A stretch of 64,000 nucleotides of DNA, taken from Candidatus Helarchaeota archaeon (GTDB lineage Archaea > Asgardarchaeota > Lokiarchaeia > Helarchaeales > RDOG01). The stretch covers positions 32,001-96,000 of the forward strand of contig JAHPZH010000006.1 of NCBI GenBank assembly GCA_019058315.1, in the 5' to 3' direction. Numbering within the stretch: position 1 is the first letter of the stretch; every line of letters begins with the position of its first letter. A program made the position numbers and the translations under genes. Shown here piece after piece: positions 9,063 through 19,395 of the stretch. The notes beneath the pieces were generated by a model, which searched no databases, had not been told where the DNA came from, and saw nothing but the letters and a program-made list of their open reading frames with translations.

Positions 9063-9458
9063 ATGGTTAAAGTTGAAAAATTAGGTATCATAATTAAAAA
9101 TGGAAAAAAAGTAATTGATGAAAACAATAGAAAGTTCAAAAATGAAATGAAAATACATAATGAAACATTAAAGGAGAATCAAAATTTATTTTTACGTGAT
9201 ACTTATGTGAAGAGGGGAAAAAAAATCTATAAATATTGGTATAGATATGAGTGGGATCCTATAAAAAAAAGAACAGTCCATAAATATATTGGAAAAGCGA
9301 AACCTAATGAAGAAGTTCCGGATCCTCCAATAAATCCATTATACGACCTTAATTTTAAAGAAATAAAAGGGACAAATGATATCATTTTATTATTAAAAGA
9401 TTACGAGCAGTATAAAGAATATTTTAAAGAATGTAAAATACAATACATAATAAAATAA
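9063..9458 (+). CDS. Hypothetical basic protein, putative DNA-binding
   Basis: YVKRGKKIYKYWYRYEWD...HKYIGK resembles a beta-sheet DNA-binding motif; lies next to the origin. Confidence 0.6.
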   Translation: MVKVEKLGIIIKNGKKVIDENNRKFKNEMKIHNETLKENQNLFLRDTYVKRGKKIYKYWYRYEWDPIKKRTVHKYIGKAKPNEEVPDPPINPLYDLNFKEIKGTNDIILLLKDYEQYKEYFKECKIQYIIK

Positions 9459-9500
9459 ACATATTAAAGGTATTATTTAGAATAGAAAACTATATAGAGA

Positions 9501-10274
9501 CTAATTTAATTCAGATAATATACTATCAACTATCTCTAAGGCGTCTTCTTTTTTCAAATTCTTTATAAAATGTAAAGTTATTGCAATACCTATTGGAATA
9601 GCTATAAGACTTGCTATTAGAACATAATCTGATAAATTGTCTTTATTTATAAGTAGAGGTAGTAAAGATTGTAAAATTTGTATAGGCCCATTATCCGGTT
9701 TTTGGAAAGTACAGGGCTCAACTGTATAGCTATATTCAATTGAACATTGGTATTCTTCAACCCAAATAAAATCCAATAAAATATCTGACCATTCTAAAAT
9801 TTCTGTTATTAACAAACACTCCCATTTAATAAGAGTTCCGGCGTTTTGATTAGGAATAGTTCCATTATAGATATAATCGTACTCAGGAGTAGTATTGTTA
9901 ATCTTAAGATCCATTGCAATCTCATTTCTTATCGTCCAATTATCATTGGTCCATCTTAGATTTACCCCAACAACTCTCCGGCTAGCCTCTAGAGGCGGAG
10001 GGTCTTCTGGGAACCATAAAATATGATCTACTTTGATATATGTAGTAATATTTACGGAATCATTAAAAAATACGGTGGTTTTATTTGGATTTTGAGTAAT
10101 ATTTGTAAAATAAATATCATTGAGAGAGTTTAATTGTGGAACTTTTAATAAATTAGGATTAAGCAAAAGTGATAAATTAGGGGTATTTTTTGGAGGAAAA
10201 CAACTTAAAGGTAATATGATTATTGATATGAGGCAGATAAAAAAGAACTTTTTTATTACCTTTTGTTTCCCCAA
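9501..10274 (-). CDS. Secreted or membrane-anchored hypothetical protein
   Basis: N-terminal signal, beta-rich middle, C-terminal TM helix. Confidence 0.6.
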   Translation of the reverse strand: MGKQKVIKKFFFICLISIIILPLSCFPPKNTPNLSLLLNPNLLKVPQLNSLNDIYFTNITQNPNKTTVFFNDSVNITTYIKVDHILWFPEDPPPLEASRRVVGVNLRWTNDNWTIRNEIAMDLKINNTTPEYDYIYNGTIPNQNAGTLIKWECLLITEILEWSDILLDFIWVEEYQCSIEYSYTVEPCTFQKPDNGPIQILQSLLPLLINKDNLSDYVLIASLIAIPIGIAITLHFIKNLKKEDALEIVDSILSELN

Positions 10275-10449
10275 CAGGTTACATCATCTCCTTTAGCTAG
10301 CAATATTCTCTTACCTCAAAAAATAGTTTGAATTAATATAAGAATATTACATAGAATCCTATATATTTATGATTCTCTAAAAACTTAAAATTACTCATAT
10401 TTAACTGTCAATGTTAAAACATAAAAATTAATTAGACCACTTTTAATTT

Positions 10450-11865
10450 ATGGAAAAGAAAAATCTTTCTGACAAAAATATATTTATTTTTGATCTAGAC
10501 GGGGTAATATATTTAGGGAATCAAATAGTTCCTGGAGCACTTGAAGTAATTAATAAATTAGAGAAATTCGGGAAAAAGATTTATTATCTTACAAACAATT
10601 CAACAAAGACTAGGGAGGATTATGTTAAAAAATTAGAAAAGATGGGGATAAAATCAAAAATTGAGAACATAATAACAAGTGCTTATGCAGCAGCTTTATA
10701 TTTAAAGAATAAAGAAATAAGGAAGAAAAGTAAAGCAAGTGTTTTTGTTATTGGGGAAAATGGTATTGTATCAGAATTAGAAAAAATGGAGTTTAAAGTC
10801 TATACAGAATTTAAAGAAGATTTAAAAATTGATTATGTTGTAGTTGGGTTAGATAGCAATTTTCATTATAATAAATTATCCGGTGGATTGTATTATATTT
10901 CAAAAGGTGCTGAATTCATAGCAACTAACGCGGATCCTACACTTCCAACCGAAAAATATGCTTTACCAGGAGCAGGAACTATGGTCTCTGCATTAGAAAC
11001 ATGCACAAATAAAAAACCTTCAATTATTATTGGAAAACCAAATCCTTACACAATAGAATCTATTTTAAAGAAAGAGAAAGCCAAAGCCAAAGACGCAGTA
11101 ATGGTTGGAGATAGAATTTCAACGGATATTTTAGCAGGTAAAAATGCCAATACAACTACAATCTTCGTAAAAACTGGAGCAGGAGAAAATGAAGCTAGTA
11201 AAATTCATTCTGAAAATATTTTTCCCGATTTAACATTAAAATCAGTAAAAGGTCTCCTCCCATTATTGGAAAAAGAAAAAATCGAAACAACAATGAGAAT
11301 CGCAAAACCAACAAAATTTTATTTTTTTCTAGAAAATTTTGCAAAATATACAGCTTTTCAAAGGATGGAAATGATCAATTTATTCAGACGAATATTAAAA
11401 GAGCAAGAATTTATATTAAAGAATTATAAGCAAGATTTTTTGCAAGTGTGGAAAAATTGGGTTGAAGAATATGGTGGAGCAGAAGTCGCAGATTTTTTTG
11501 TAAATAATTGTGATGAACTCATTTTAAAATGGTTAACTGTGATATTTCCATTTAGGAAAGAGGATTTTAAGATACTTATCAAGAAGGGAGGAACTAATGT
11601 AGATGTTGTTTTAGACATTTCGTATTTTTTTATGGAAAAAGAAATAAGTTTTATAGACTTTTTAATTAAAGAATTTGATATTGAAGAGGTTACAGCTCAA
11701 GTAGCATTAATTAGAACGTTAGCAGAAACAATTTTAATTTTTTGTCAAATATGGAATGAAATAAGTGGATATGATTTTACTATAATGCCTGAAGAGGAAA
11801 AAACAGATAAAAAGGGTAAAGGAATTGTGTTTAATATGCTTTTTACTCTAAGACCCTCTTTTTAA
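10450..11865 (+). CDS. HAD-IIA (NagD-like) phosphatase with an extra C-terminal domain
   Basis: FDLDGV, LTNNS, GKPNP, MVGDRISTDI; about 195 additional C-terminal residues. Confidence 0.85.
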   Translation: MEKKNLSDKNIFIFDLDGVIYLGNQIVPGALEVINKLEKFGKKIYYLTNNSTKTREDYVKKLEKMGIKSKIENIITSAYAAALYLKNKEIRKKSKASVFVIGENGIVSELEKMEFKVYTEFKEDLKIDYVVVGLDSNFHYNKLSGGLYYISKGAEFIATNADPTLPTEKYALPGAGTMVSALETCTNKKPSIIIGKPNPYTIESILKKEKAKAKDAVMVGDRISTDILAGKNANTTTIFVKTGAGENEASKIHSENIFPDLTLKSVKGLLPLLEKEKIETTMRIAKPTKFYFFLENFAKYTAFQRMEMINLFRRILKEQEFILKNYKQDFLQVWKNWVEEYGGAEVADFFVNNCDELILKWLTVIFPFRKEDFKILIKKGGTNVDVVLDISYFFMEKEISFIDFLIKEFDIEEVTAQVALIRTLAETILIFCQIWNEISGYDFTIMPEEEKTDKKGKGIVFNMLFTLRPSF

Positions 11866-11955
11866 TCTACGTTAAATTATTTTGGTTTATAATTAAATTT
11901 TCGTGTAGTTTAATTATAAAAGTCTAAAAGTGTAGGGCGGAAAGGTGTAAAATCG

Positions 11956-12555
11956 ATGATAATTGATTTTGGATCTAAGACAATTCAAAGTAAAATTGTA
12001 TTTTATGGCCCTGCAATGAGTGGTAAGACGACAGCACTTAAATATCTTTTTAATAAATTTAATGGAGAATTAATCTCGATAACTACTAGCCATTTAGAGA
12101 AGCCTAGAACCTTATTTTATGATTATGGTTGTATAGATCTTAAATTCGGAGTTTGGAAATTAAAACTCAATTTATGGACCGCTACTGGTCAAGATTTTTA
12201 TTGTGCTACTCGAAGTACGGTATTACAAGGAGTTGATGGAATAATATTCGTCGCTGATTCTCGAAGAGAAATATTAGATGAAAACAAAAGAAGTTGGAGT
12301 GAATTAGTTGAATATTTTGGTGATAAGCTCGTAAATATAATACCTATAATTGTATGTTTAAATAAACAGGATCTTGAAAATTTAACACCTGAGGACTTAT
12401 TTAAAGAGTATTTAGATTTGAAAGAAAATGTAGAAATAATTAAAATGATAGCAATTAGGGGAGAAAAGGTATATGATGCATTTACAAGGATATTCAAAAA
12501 TATATTTTCAGTTCATAGTAACATAAAAGATACTATAAGTCATCAATTAAAATGA
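11956..12555 (+). CDS. MglA-like small GTPase
   Basis: KIVFYGPAMSGKTT, RTLFYD, TATGQ, NKQD. Confidence 0.85.
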   Translation: MIIDFGSKTIQSKIVFYGPAMSGKTTALKYLFNKFNGELISITTSHLEKPRTLFYDYGCIDLKFGVWKLKLNLWTATGQDFYCATRSTVLQGVDGIIFVADSRREILDENKRSWSELVEYFGDKLVNIIPIIVCLNKQDLENLTPEDLFKEYLDLKENVEIIKMIAIRGEKVYDAFTRIFKNIFSVHSNIKDTISHQLK

Positions 12556-12595
12556 AAATAATATAAAAAATAAAAAAAAGATTAGAAGAACATAA

Positions 12596-12862
12596 TTATT
12601 GAATTATTTTATAATAGATTAGAGGTCGACCTCGCTTTTTAGTTGAAACTGGAAATTTTTCGATTTTGTTATCACGAACAAATTCGATAATATAATCATA
12701 TAACGTCGTTCGTGGTATGTTTGTTAATTTACTTAATTCTCCTCTTGTAATAGGCCCCTTATCTCTAATTAGTTGATATAGAAAATTTTCTAATTTTACG
12801 TCAGAATCTAATATCCATCGTCCCCTAACCTTTTTGGGTATAGTTTCATCGAATGAACTCAT
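12596..12862 (-). CDS. Winged helix-turn-helix DNA-binding protein
   Basis: GPITRGELSKLTNIPRTTLYD...RGRP. Confidence 0.8.
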   Translation of the reverse strand: MSSFDETIPKKVRGRWILDSDVKLENFLYQLIRDKGPITRGELSKLTNIPRTTLYDYIIEFVRDNKIEKFPVSTKKRGRPLIYYKIIQ

Positions 12863-13176
12863 TTTGGTATCTCCTTTGTATTTAATTATAAATTTTTTTT
12901 GATAAAATTATCAATTTTTCTATATATAAATTTTTTGGGTTTAGAGCGAAAAATAAGGAAATTCTCATGATGATCAAATCATAAAAAATAGAATTTTTGG
13001 TTTGGATAAAATAGAGATTTGTATAAATAATTATTTGAAGAAATATTCATGAAATCGAAAATATAATACATATTAACAATTTCACAAATTTACAAATTCA
13101 CTTTTTTGTGAATCACAAAAAATAAAGCCGACAAAAATCTTCTTTTTTAAAAAGAGACGAGTTTTCTTAATTTCTT

Positions 13177-13374
13177 ATTCATTCACATGTTCACAAATTG
13201 TAAAGCTTGATCTAATAATTTTTAAAATTACAAGAAAATTTTCCACAAGAAATAAGGGGGTCCAATTTTACATATGTGAAATTATATTTTTTTAGATTTT
13301 AATTAAAAAACTCTTAATGTAGGCAAACATAAAAAATCTTATTCATTGTGAATAAGTTGAATATGTGAATGAAT
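13177..13374. repeat. 17-bp inverted repeats flanking a single ORB-like box
   Basis: ATTCATTCACATGTTCA (13177-13193) vs reverse complement of 13358-13374 (16/17 match); TTCCACAAGAAATAAGGGGGT at 13241-13261. Confidence 0.6.
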
Positions 13375-13381
13375 GAAAATG

Positions 13382-15148
13382 TTAAGTTCTTCGCTTGAAC
13401 TTTTTTTCTAGAAAAGATTTACTGAATGAAATTATCGTAGGTCTGCCATGAGGACAAGAAAATGGATCATCACAATTCTTTAAATTATTAATTAATTGTT
13501 CTATCCTTTTTTGTGATAAATCCTGTCCCGCGCGTATAGAAGAATGGCATGCCATAGTCTTAAACATTAAATCTTGAATATGACTATGAAATTCTTCTTT
13601 ACCAATATTTAATTCATCTAAAAATTCGGTTATTACTTTTTGATTTAAAATTTTTCCAAAAACTACAGGAACACTTCGAATTATAAAGGTATTTCCCCCA
13701 AAATGCTTAATATCAAAACCGAAATTTGCTAATTTTTCTAAATTTTGAGAATTTTGTAAAAAAATAGTTTCTTTTTGAGGGATATCAAATGTTATAGGAT
13801 TTAGTAAAAGTTGTGATTTAGTAAATTTACCAGCATTTTTTACTATTTTTTCATATTGTATTCGTTCAGCAGCTGCGTGTTGATCTATAAGATATAAATT
13901 TTCATCATCTTGAGTCGCAATATAAGTATTATGAAATTGTCCTATTAAGTACATTGAAGGAAAATGAGTTTTTTTAGAAGGAATAAATGTTCGTGGTTTC
14001 GTTTTATCGATAATTTGATTACTTTGAACCAATGAGTCTAAAGTTTTAGCCTTTGGAAAGTATGACTTAGATTCAGCTAATTTTTTCTTTCGTACCTTTG
14101 GTGTTTTTAGAACAGGAATAATTTTAGATTTTTGTAATTTTTGAGATATTACATCATAGACCGATTGATAAATTAGATCCTCATTTAAAAATCGAATTTC
14201 TTTTTTTGTAGGATGAATATTAACATCTATTTTTTCAGGATTAATAAGAATCGAGAGAATTACAATTGGGTGGCGTTTTTTTGGAATTAAATTACCATAT
14301 GCATCTTCTAATGCTCTGCTAATTAAATTAGATCTTATATTTCGATTATTTACAAATATTGCTTGATAATCTCGATTAACTTTTGAAATTGTGGGTTTAC
14401 TAATAAAGCCGTAAATTTGAATTTCATTTTCAAATTTAATAGGAATCATTTCTTTAGCTATTTCTTTACCATAAATATAAGCGATATTTTCCAGATAAGA
14501 CAAATTAGTTATTTTTTCTGAACTTTTTGGTGAAAATAAAATATTTTTATTATTATGAAACAGATTAAATGAAATAGAAGGGAAAATCAAAGCATATTTA
14601 CTGATAACATCTGTAATACGGTTTAATTCAGTTTCAGTTGATTTTAAATATTTTCTCCTTGCGGGTAAATTAAAAAATAAATCTCTAACAGAAATACTTG
14701 TTCCTTTATTACATCCAATTTCACTTTTCTCTTCAATGGTTCCCGCTTTTATAATAATTTTTATTCCAACATCTTTATCTTTAGTTTTTGTAATAATTTC
14801 AAGTAAAGATACTGCAGCTATACTCGAAAGGGCTTCACCTCTAAAACCAAAAGTTTTTAATGATTTCAAATCAGAAATGGCTTCAATTTTACTAGTAGCG
14901 TATCTTTCAACTGATAAAACAGCATCATCTCTAGACATTCCTTCCCCATCATCAGTAACCTCAATTAATTTTTTTCCTCCTTCATTTATTTTAACTATAA
15001 TGGATAAAGCACCTGCATCAATTGAGTTTTCAATTAATTCTTTAACTACAGATGCAGGGCGTTCAATAACTTCTCCTGCAGCAATTTTATTTCTTAAATT
15101 TTCATCTAAGACGTGAATTTTCGTTCCCATAATAGTACCTAACTCCAA
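13382..15148 (-). CDS. mutL: DNA mismatch repair protein MutL
   Basis: IAAGEVIERP, GFRGEAL, DQHAAAER, CPHGRP. Confidence 0.97.
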   Translation of the reverse strand: MELGTIMGTKIHVLDENLRNKIAAGEVIERPASVVKELIENSIDAGALSIIVKINEGGKKLIEVTDDGEGMSRDDAVLSVERYATSKIEAISDLKSLKTFGFRGEALSSIAAVSLLEIITKTKDKDVGIKIIIKAGTIEEKSEIGCNKGTSISVRDLFFNLPARRKYLKSTETELNRITDVISKYALIFPSISFNLFHNNKNILFSPKSSEKITNLSYLENIAYIYGKEIAKEMIPIKFENEIQIYGFISKPTISKVNRDYQAIFVNNRNIRSNLISRALEDAYGNLIPKKRHPIVILSILINPEKIDVNIHPTKKEIRFLNEDLIYQSVYDVISQKLQKSKIIPVLKTPKVRKKKLAESKSYFPKAKTLDSLVQSNQIIDKTKPRTFIPSKKTHFPSMYLIGQFHNTYIATQDDENLYLIDQHAAAERIQYEKIVKNAGKFTKSQLLLNPITFDIPQKETIFLQNSQNLEKLANFGFDIKHFGGNTFIIRSVPVVFGKILNQKVITEFLDELNIGKEEFHSHIQDLMFKTMACHSSIRAGQDLSQKRIEQLINNLKNCDDPFSCPHGRPTIISFSKSFLEKKFKRRT

Positions 15149-15160
15149 TTACAATCCATT

Positions 15161-17671
15161 TTATTCAAATAATTTTTTTTGAATTTGCTTTTTTTTGGAA
15201 ATTTTGTTTTTATTGGATATTTGAGAAACTTTAGGCATAGATTTTAAATGAACTGGATCTTCATCTTCTAATTTATTCAAAATTTTTTTGGCTCGAATAA
15301 TAATTTCATCTGGGAGTCCCGCTAATCTCGCAACCTGAATTCCAAAACTTCTATCTGAACCGCCTCTAACGATTTTTCTTAAAAATATTATGTGATCTCC
15401 ATGTTCTTTTATTGATATATGATAATTTACTACACGGGACATATAATTCTCTAATTCACATAGTTGGTGATAATGGGTAGCAAATAATGTTTTACATTTT
15501 AAATTATCATGAATGTATTCTACAACAGCCCAAGCAATACTTAAACCATCAAAAGTTGCAGTGCCTCTTCCGAGTTCATCTAAAATTACAAGACTTTTAT
15601 TAGTAGCGTTGTTTAAAATGTTCGCTGTTTCATTCATTTCAACCATAAAAGTACTTCTCATCTTAGTAATTTCATCAAATGCTCCAATTCTAGAAAAAAT
15701 GCGATCCACTACGCAAATTTTTCCAGATGATGCAGGAATAAAACATCCAATTTGTGCCATTATTAGGGTTAAAGCTACTTGTCGAATATAAGTACTTTTA
15801 CCAGCCATGTTTGGACCAGTTAAAATAATAATACAATTTTCATTATCTAAATAAATATCATTAGGAATGAATTGTTCATGTTCTAATAATTGTTCCACGA
15901 CTGGATGTCTTCCGTTTTTGATATCAATTACTGAATCATCAGAAATTATAGGTTTAATATAATTAAATTTTTTACTTATTTCAGCGAAAGTGCTAATTAA
16001 ATCCAAAAATGCAATATTTTTAGCTAATTCTTGAATCTTTTGGGTTTTTCCCATAATCTCATTTCGAATTTCTTGAAAAAGTTCATATTCAATATTTTTT
16101 ATCTTATCATCAGCTGATAGAATTTCAAGCTCCAATTCTTTTAATTCTGGGATTATGAATCGTTCAACATTTTTTAAAGTCTGTTTTCTAACATATCGTT
16201 TCGGGACCGAACTAAGGTTTGATTTTGTTATTTCAACATAGTAACCAATAATTTTGTTATATTTGATTCTTAAATTCTTTATTCCCGTATTATTTTTTTC
16301 CTTATTTTCAAATTCTAAAATTAAATTTTTACTATTTTTAGCCGTTGTCCTTAATTTATCCAACTCAGCATTATAACCTGATTTAATAAAACCTCCCTCT
16401 TTAATAGATGCAGGAGGATCATCCTTAATTGAGATTTCTATTAAATGGATAATTTCTGGAAATGATTGAAGATTAATTATGATATCTCCAATAAGAGGAG
16501 TGTCTTTTATATTTAATTCTTTTAATAGAGGGATAAGTTCTAAAGAATTTTTTAAAATAATTAAATCTCGTGCATTAGCACTGCCATAATTTATTTTAGT
16601 TATTAATCTCTCGATATCTTGAAATTTCTGTAATAATTCCCTTAAGTCATTGCGTATAAATAAAGATTTATATAACTCATCAACGTAATTTAAACGTTTA
16701 TTAATTTCTGGGATTTTTAAAAGTGGTTGTTGAAGCCAACGACGTAATAATCTTCCGCCGATACTTGTGACAGTCTGATCTAAAATTTCTATTAAAGTAC
16801 CTTTACGAGAACCATCATTGATATTTTGAAATATTTCCAAATTTTTCAAAGTGGATAAATCAAGAATCATATGATCAGAAGATTTATGTAATGATAATTT
16901 TCGTATATTAGAAATTTGAGCTTTTTGAGTTTCTTTTAAATATTCAAGGGCAGAACCAGCAGCAATAATAGCTTCTTTTAAATTTTCAATCCCAAAACTT
17001 TCTAAAGATAAAATTTTAAAGTGTTTCGTTAACCCGTCATAAGCATTTTGGTAATAATAATGATAATTTTCAAAAGGACTAATATGTAAATCACGAAATT
17101 CCGATTTAATCTTTTTTAAAAACTCATTATTTTCAAATAAAGTGAAAGGAAGGATACATTCAGAGGGATTAAATTGTGAAATTAAATTTAAAATGGTAGC
17201 CTCAGTCTCCTCTACTTTTTTTTCAACAATTTCACTAACAATAAATTCACCTGTAGAAATGTCAACAAAAGCAAGTCCAAATTTAGGACCTTCTTTAACT
17301 AGGCTCATCAAATAATTATTCACTTTATGGTTTAATAGAAAATCCTCAGTGATTGTTCCGGGCGTAACAATCCGTATCACATCTCTTTTTACTAATTTTC
17401 CTGGAACTGGATCTTCTAATTGTTCACAAATTGCTACTTTATAGCCATTTTTAACTAATGTCGGTAAATATTTATTTAATGTATGATAAGGGATTCCTGC
17501 TAATGGATTTCCTCCTCTCCGAGTTAAAACAATCCCTAATTCTTTTGAAAGAACTTCTGCATCTTGATCAAAGCTTTCATAAAAATCTCCTAATCGAAAT
17601 AATAATATACAGTTTTTATATTTCTTCTTTAATTGATAATATTGCTCCATCATGGGTGTTTTTTTTACCAT
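15161..17671 (-). CDS. mutS: DNA mismatch repair protein MutS
   Basis: TPMMEQY, FRLGDFYE, TGPNMAGKST, DELGRGT, FATHYH. Confidence 0.97.
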   Translation of the reverse strand: MVKKTPMMEQYYQLKKKYKNCILLFRLGDFYESFDQDAEVLSKELGIVLTRRGGNPLAGIPYHTLNKYLPTLVKNGYKVAICEQLEDPVPGKLVKRDVIRIVTPGTITEDFLLNHKVNNYLMSLVKEGPKFGLAFVDISTGEFIVSEIVEKKVEETEATILNLISQFNPSECILPFTLFENNEFLKKIKSEFRDLHISPFENYHYYYQNAYDGLTKHFKILSLESFGIENLKEAIIAAGSALEYLKETQKAQISNIRKLSLHKSSDHMILDLSTLKNLEIFQNINDGSRKGTLIEILDQTVTSIGGRLLRRWLQQPLLKIPEINKRLNYVDELYKSLFIRNDLRELLQKFQDIERLITKINYGSANARDLIILKNSLELIPLLKELNIKDTPLIGDIIINLQSFPEIIHLIEISIKDDPPASIKEGGFIKSGYNAELDKLRTTAKNSKNLILEFENKEKNNTGIKNLRIKYNKIIGYYVEITKSNLSSVPKRYVRKQTLKNVERFIIPELKELELEILSADDKIKNIEYELFQEIRNEIMGKTQKIQELAKNIAFLDLISTFAEISKKFNYIKPIISDDSVIDIKNGRHPVVEQLLEHEQFIPNDIYLDNENCIIILTGPNMAGKSTYIRQVALTLIMAQIGCFIPASSGKICVVDRIFSRIGAFDEITKMRSTFMVEMNETANILNNATNKSLVILDELGRGTATFDGLSIAWAVVEYIHDNLKCKTLFATHYHQLCELENYMSRVVNYHISIKEHGDHIIFLRKIVRGGSDRSFGIQVARLAGLPDEIIIRAKKILNKLEDEDPVHLKSMPKVSQISNKNKISKKKQIQKKLFE

Positions 17672-17756
17672 TTGATAGTAGCCTTCTCTCCAATTGACTA
17701 TTATAATTTATATTCTTTTTTACACTTTTTAACCCCTATCATAAAAAAGTCTTAGA

Positions 17757-17868
17757 TGGTGCGGGAGCTGGGAATTTCAGGAATATTAATATATCCCATT
17801 TGAACCCAGGAAGGCCTTCGCACATAGGGACCTGAACCCTACTCCTTTGACCACTTGGATACTCCCGC
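17757..17868 (-). tRNA. tRNA-Leu(CAG) with a 25-nt BHB intron at 59/60 (17774..17798); CCA encoded
   Basis: GCGGGAG/CTCCCGC acceptor stem, anticodon loop TT-CAG-GT, long variable arm. T-loop BHB: GGG-TTCA-AA^T-GGGATAT...ATATTCC-TGAA-AT^T-CCC. Confidence 0.95.
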
Positions 17869-17874
17869 TGATTT

Positions 17875-19344
17875 TTAATTATTCTCAATGGTCTTTTTCA
17901 AATCAAATAATTTTTCAAATGCGAGATCTTTTAATTTCTTGCTTATATATTTTTCTTCATATACTCTATCAAGTTTTTCTTCATCTAAAATTTGTATTTC
18001 ACCATCTATTCTTTTTACTAAATCAATTTCTAAATCTACATATTGTATTCTGAAGGGATTAATATATAATTCAATAGGTGTATTAATATTCCAATAATTT
18101 CCTTTGCTTTTATGGTCTTTAGAAAAATATTCAGTTCTTATGAACCAATCACCAAAATTACAATCAAGTATGGCATAATCACCTTCTTCTTTAATTGCTC
18201 CAATTCCATTATAATAAGATCTTATTCTTCCTCTTAATTCACGTCTTAATTTAATTTTTCCATTATTTTTATTAAAAGAAATTACAGAACCCGGAGAAAG
18301 AAAAAAAATCCTACCATCTATCTTTACATGGTAAATGTTTACAATATCATTTTCATTAGGAAAAAATTGTTTGAAATAATTTTGAGTTTCTTGGATTATT
18401 TCATTCTTATTTTGAGGAATTTTATGAATTAATTCTTCAGCAAAATTTATAAGAAATGAAAAATTTTCTCCGAATATCTTATAATAATGATGATTTGGTA
18501 TTGTAGAAATATTTTCTATCTCACTTCTAATATTATCCAATTCAGATTTTGCAATTGAGGGAAATTCGGCATTAAAAGTTGGAATTCCTTCATAAATTAC
18601 ACCAGGTGCTTCTAATTCTCTGAATTTCTTTATAATTTGGTTTGAAGTATCTGTTAATCTATCTATTTCTTCTATTAAAATATTATCGTCTTCTTGAATC
18701 GTTTCAGCTGCGTTAGTTCTCCATAAAATACCCCAAGTTCGAGGTTTCAAAGAACCGGCTAATTTCATTAAATTTTGTCTTATTTCTTGATCATATATTT
18801 TTTTACTAATTTTATTTGGACTATTTCGAATTAATATTGCGTTAATCCCAGGGATAGTAATATTAGTTGTTAAAATTGCCTTCCTTTTTCCTATACTTGG
18901 TTGTTGAACTTTGGTCATTATAAATTTTCCAATAGGAATTATTTTATTTTCTATAATACCTTTAAATTTTCCAAAATCTAATATTGATGATTGATTATAT
19001 TTATTTATACCAATTACTTTTCCCTTTAATATAGTATCTTTACCTGAAATTGACTTTCGTATTATAACATCCAAAAAATGCTCTTGTAATATTTCAATAA
19101 ATTCATCAATAGCTTCTTTTTTTCCCCAACATAAGATTCCTTGTCTATTCCAAGTATTTTGAATGCTTAAATCGGGCTCTTCAGGAATTATGTTTAAAGA
19201 TAATCTTTCTCTTATTAAATCCGAACTTTGAGTCACTTTAAAATTTTTATCTAGTAAAAATTTAGTTAATGCCGTTGAGTATATACCTCTACAACGAATT
19301 GAAAATTTAGGCTCAGAATCAGTTTCTGGTTCAGAATCAGACAA
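17875..19344 (-). CDS. FAU-1 family RNA-binding protein/ribonuclease (DUF402)
   Basis: RGIYSTALT N-terminus; YWNINTPIE..YVDLEIDLV C-terminus. Confidence 0.88.
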   Translation of the reverse strand: MSDSEPETDSEPKFSIRCRGIYSTALTKFLLDKNFKVTQSSDLIRERLSLNIIPEEPDLSIQNTWNRQGILCWGKKEAIDEFIEILQEHFLDVIIRKSISGKDTILKGKVIGINKYNQSSILDFGKFKGIIENKIIPIGKFIMTKVQQPSIGKRKAILTTNITIPGINAILIRNSPNKISKKIYDQEIRQNLMKLAGSLKPRTWGILWRTNAAETIQEDDNILIEEIDRLTDTSNQIIKKFRELEAPGVIYEGIPTFNAEFPSIAKSELDNIRSEIENISTIPNHHYYKIFGENFSFLINFAEELIHKIPQNKNEIIQETQNYFKQFFPNENDIVNIYHVKIDGRIFFLSPGSVISFNKNNGKIKLRRELRGRIRSYYNGIGAIKEEGDYAILDCNFGDWFIRTEYFSKDHKSKGNYWNINTPIELYINPFRIQYVDLEIDLVKRIDGEIQILDEEKLDRVYEEKYISKKLKDLAFEKLFDLKKTIENN

Positions 19345-19395
19345 TTTGATACCTCAAATTTATATTATAATAATTAAAGAATGAAATTAATTTCT

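Noticed and set aside
14489-14515. Possible in-frame 27-nt BHB intron in mutL (TCAG-AAA...CTGG-AAA)
   Set aside because: Inner and outer helices barely pair, and the frame is intact without splicing
17825-17845. Reading the tRNA at 17757-17868 as tRNA-Sec because of TTCA in the anticodon loop
   Set aside because: The loop register TT-CAG-GT gives anticodon CAG, and the body closely matches tRNA-Leu(TAG) at 40427
17847-18097. Short plus-strand ORFs over tRNA-Leu and FAU-1
   Set aside because: Antisense shadows of real genes. The same applies to other short ORFs overlapping real genes, such as 481-741, 14736-15116 and 48138-48542.
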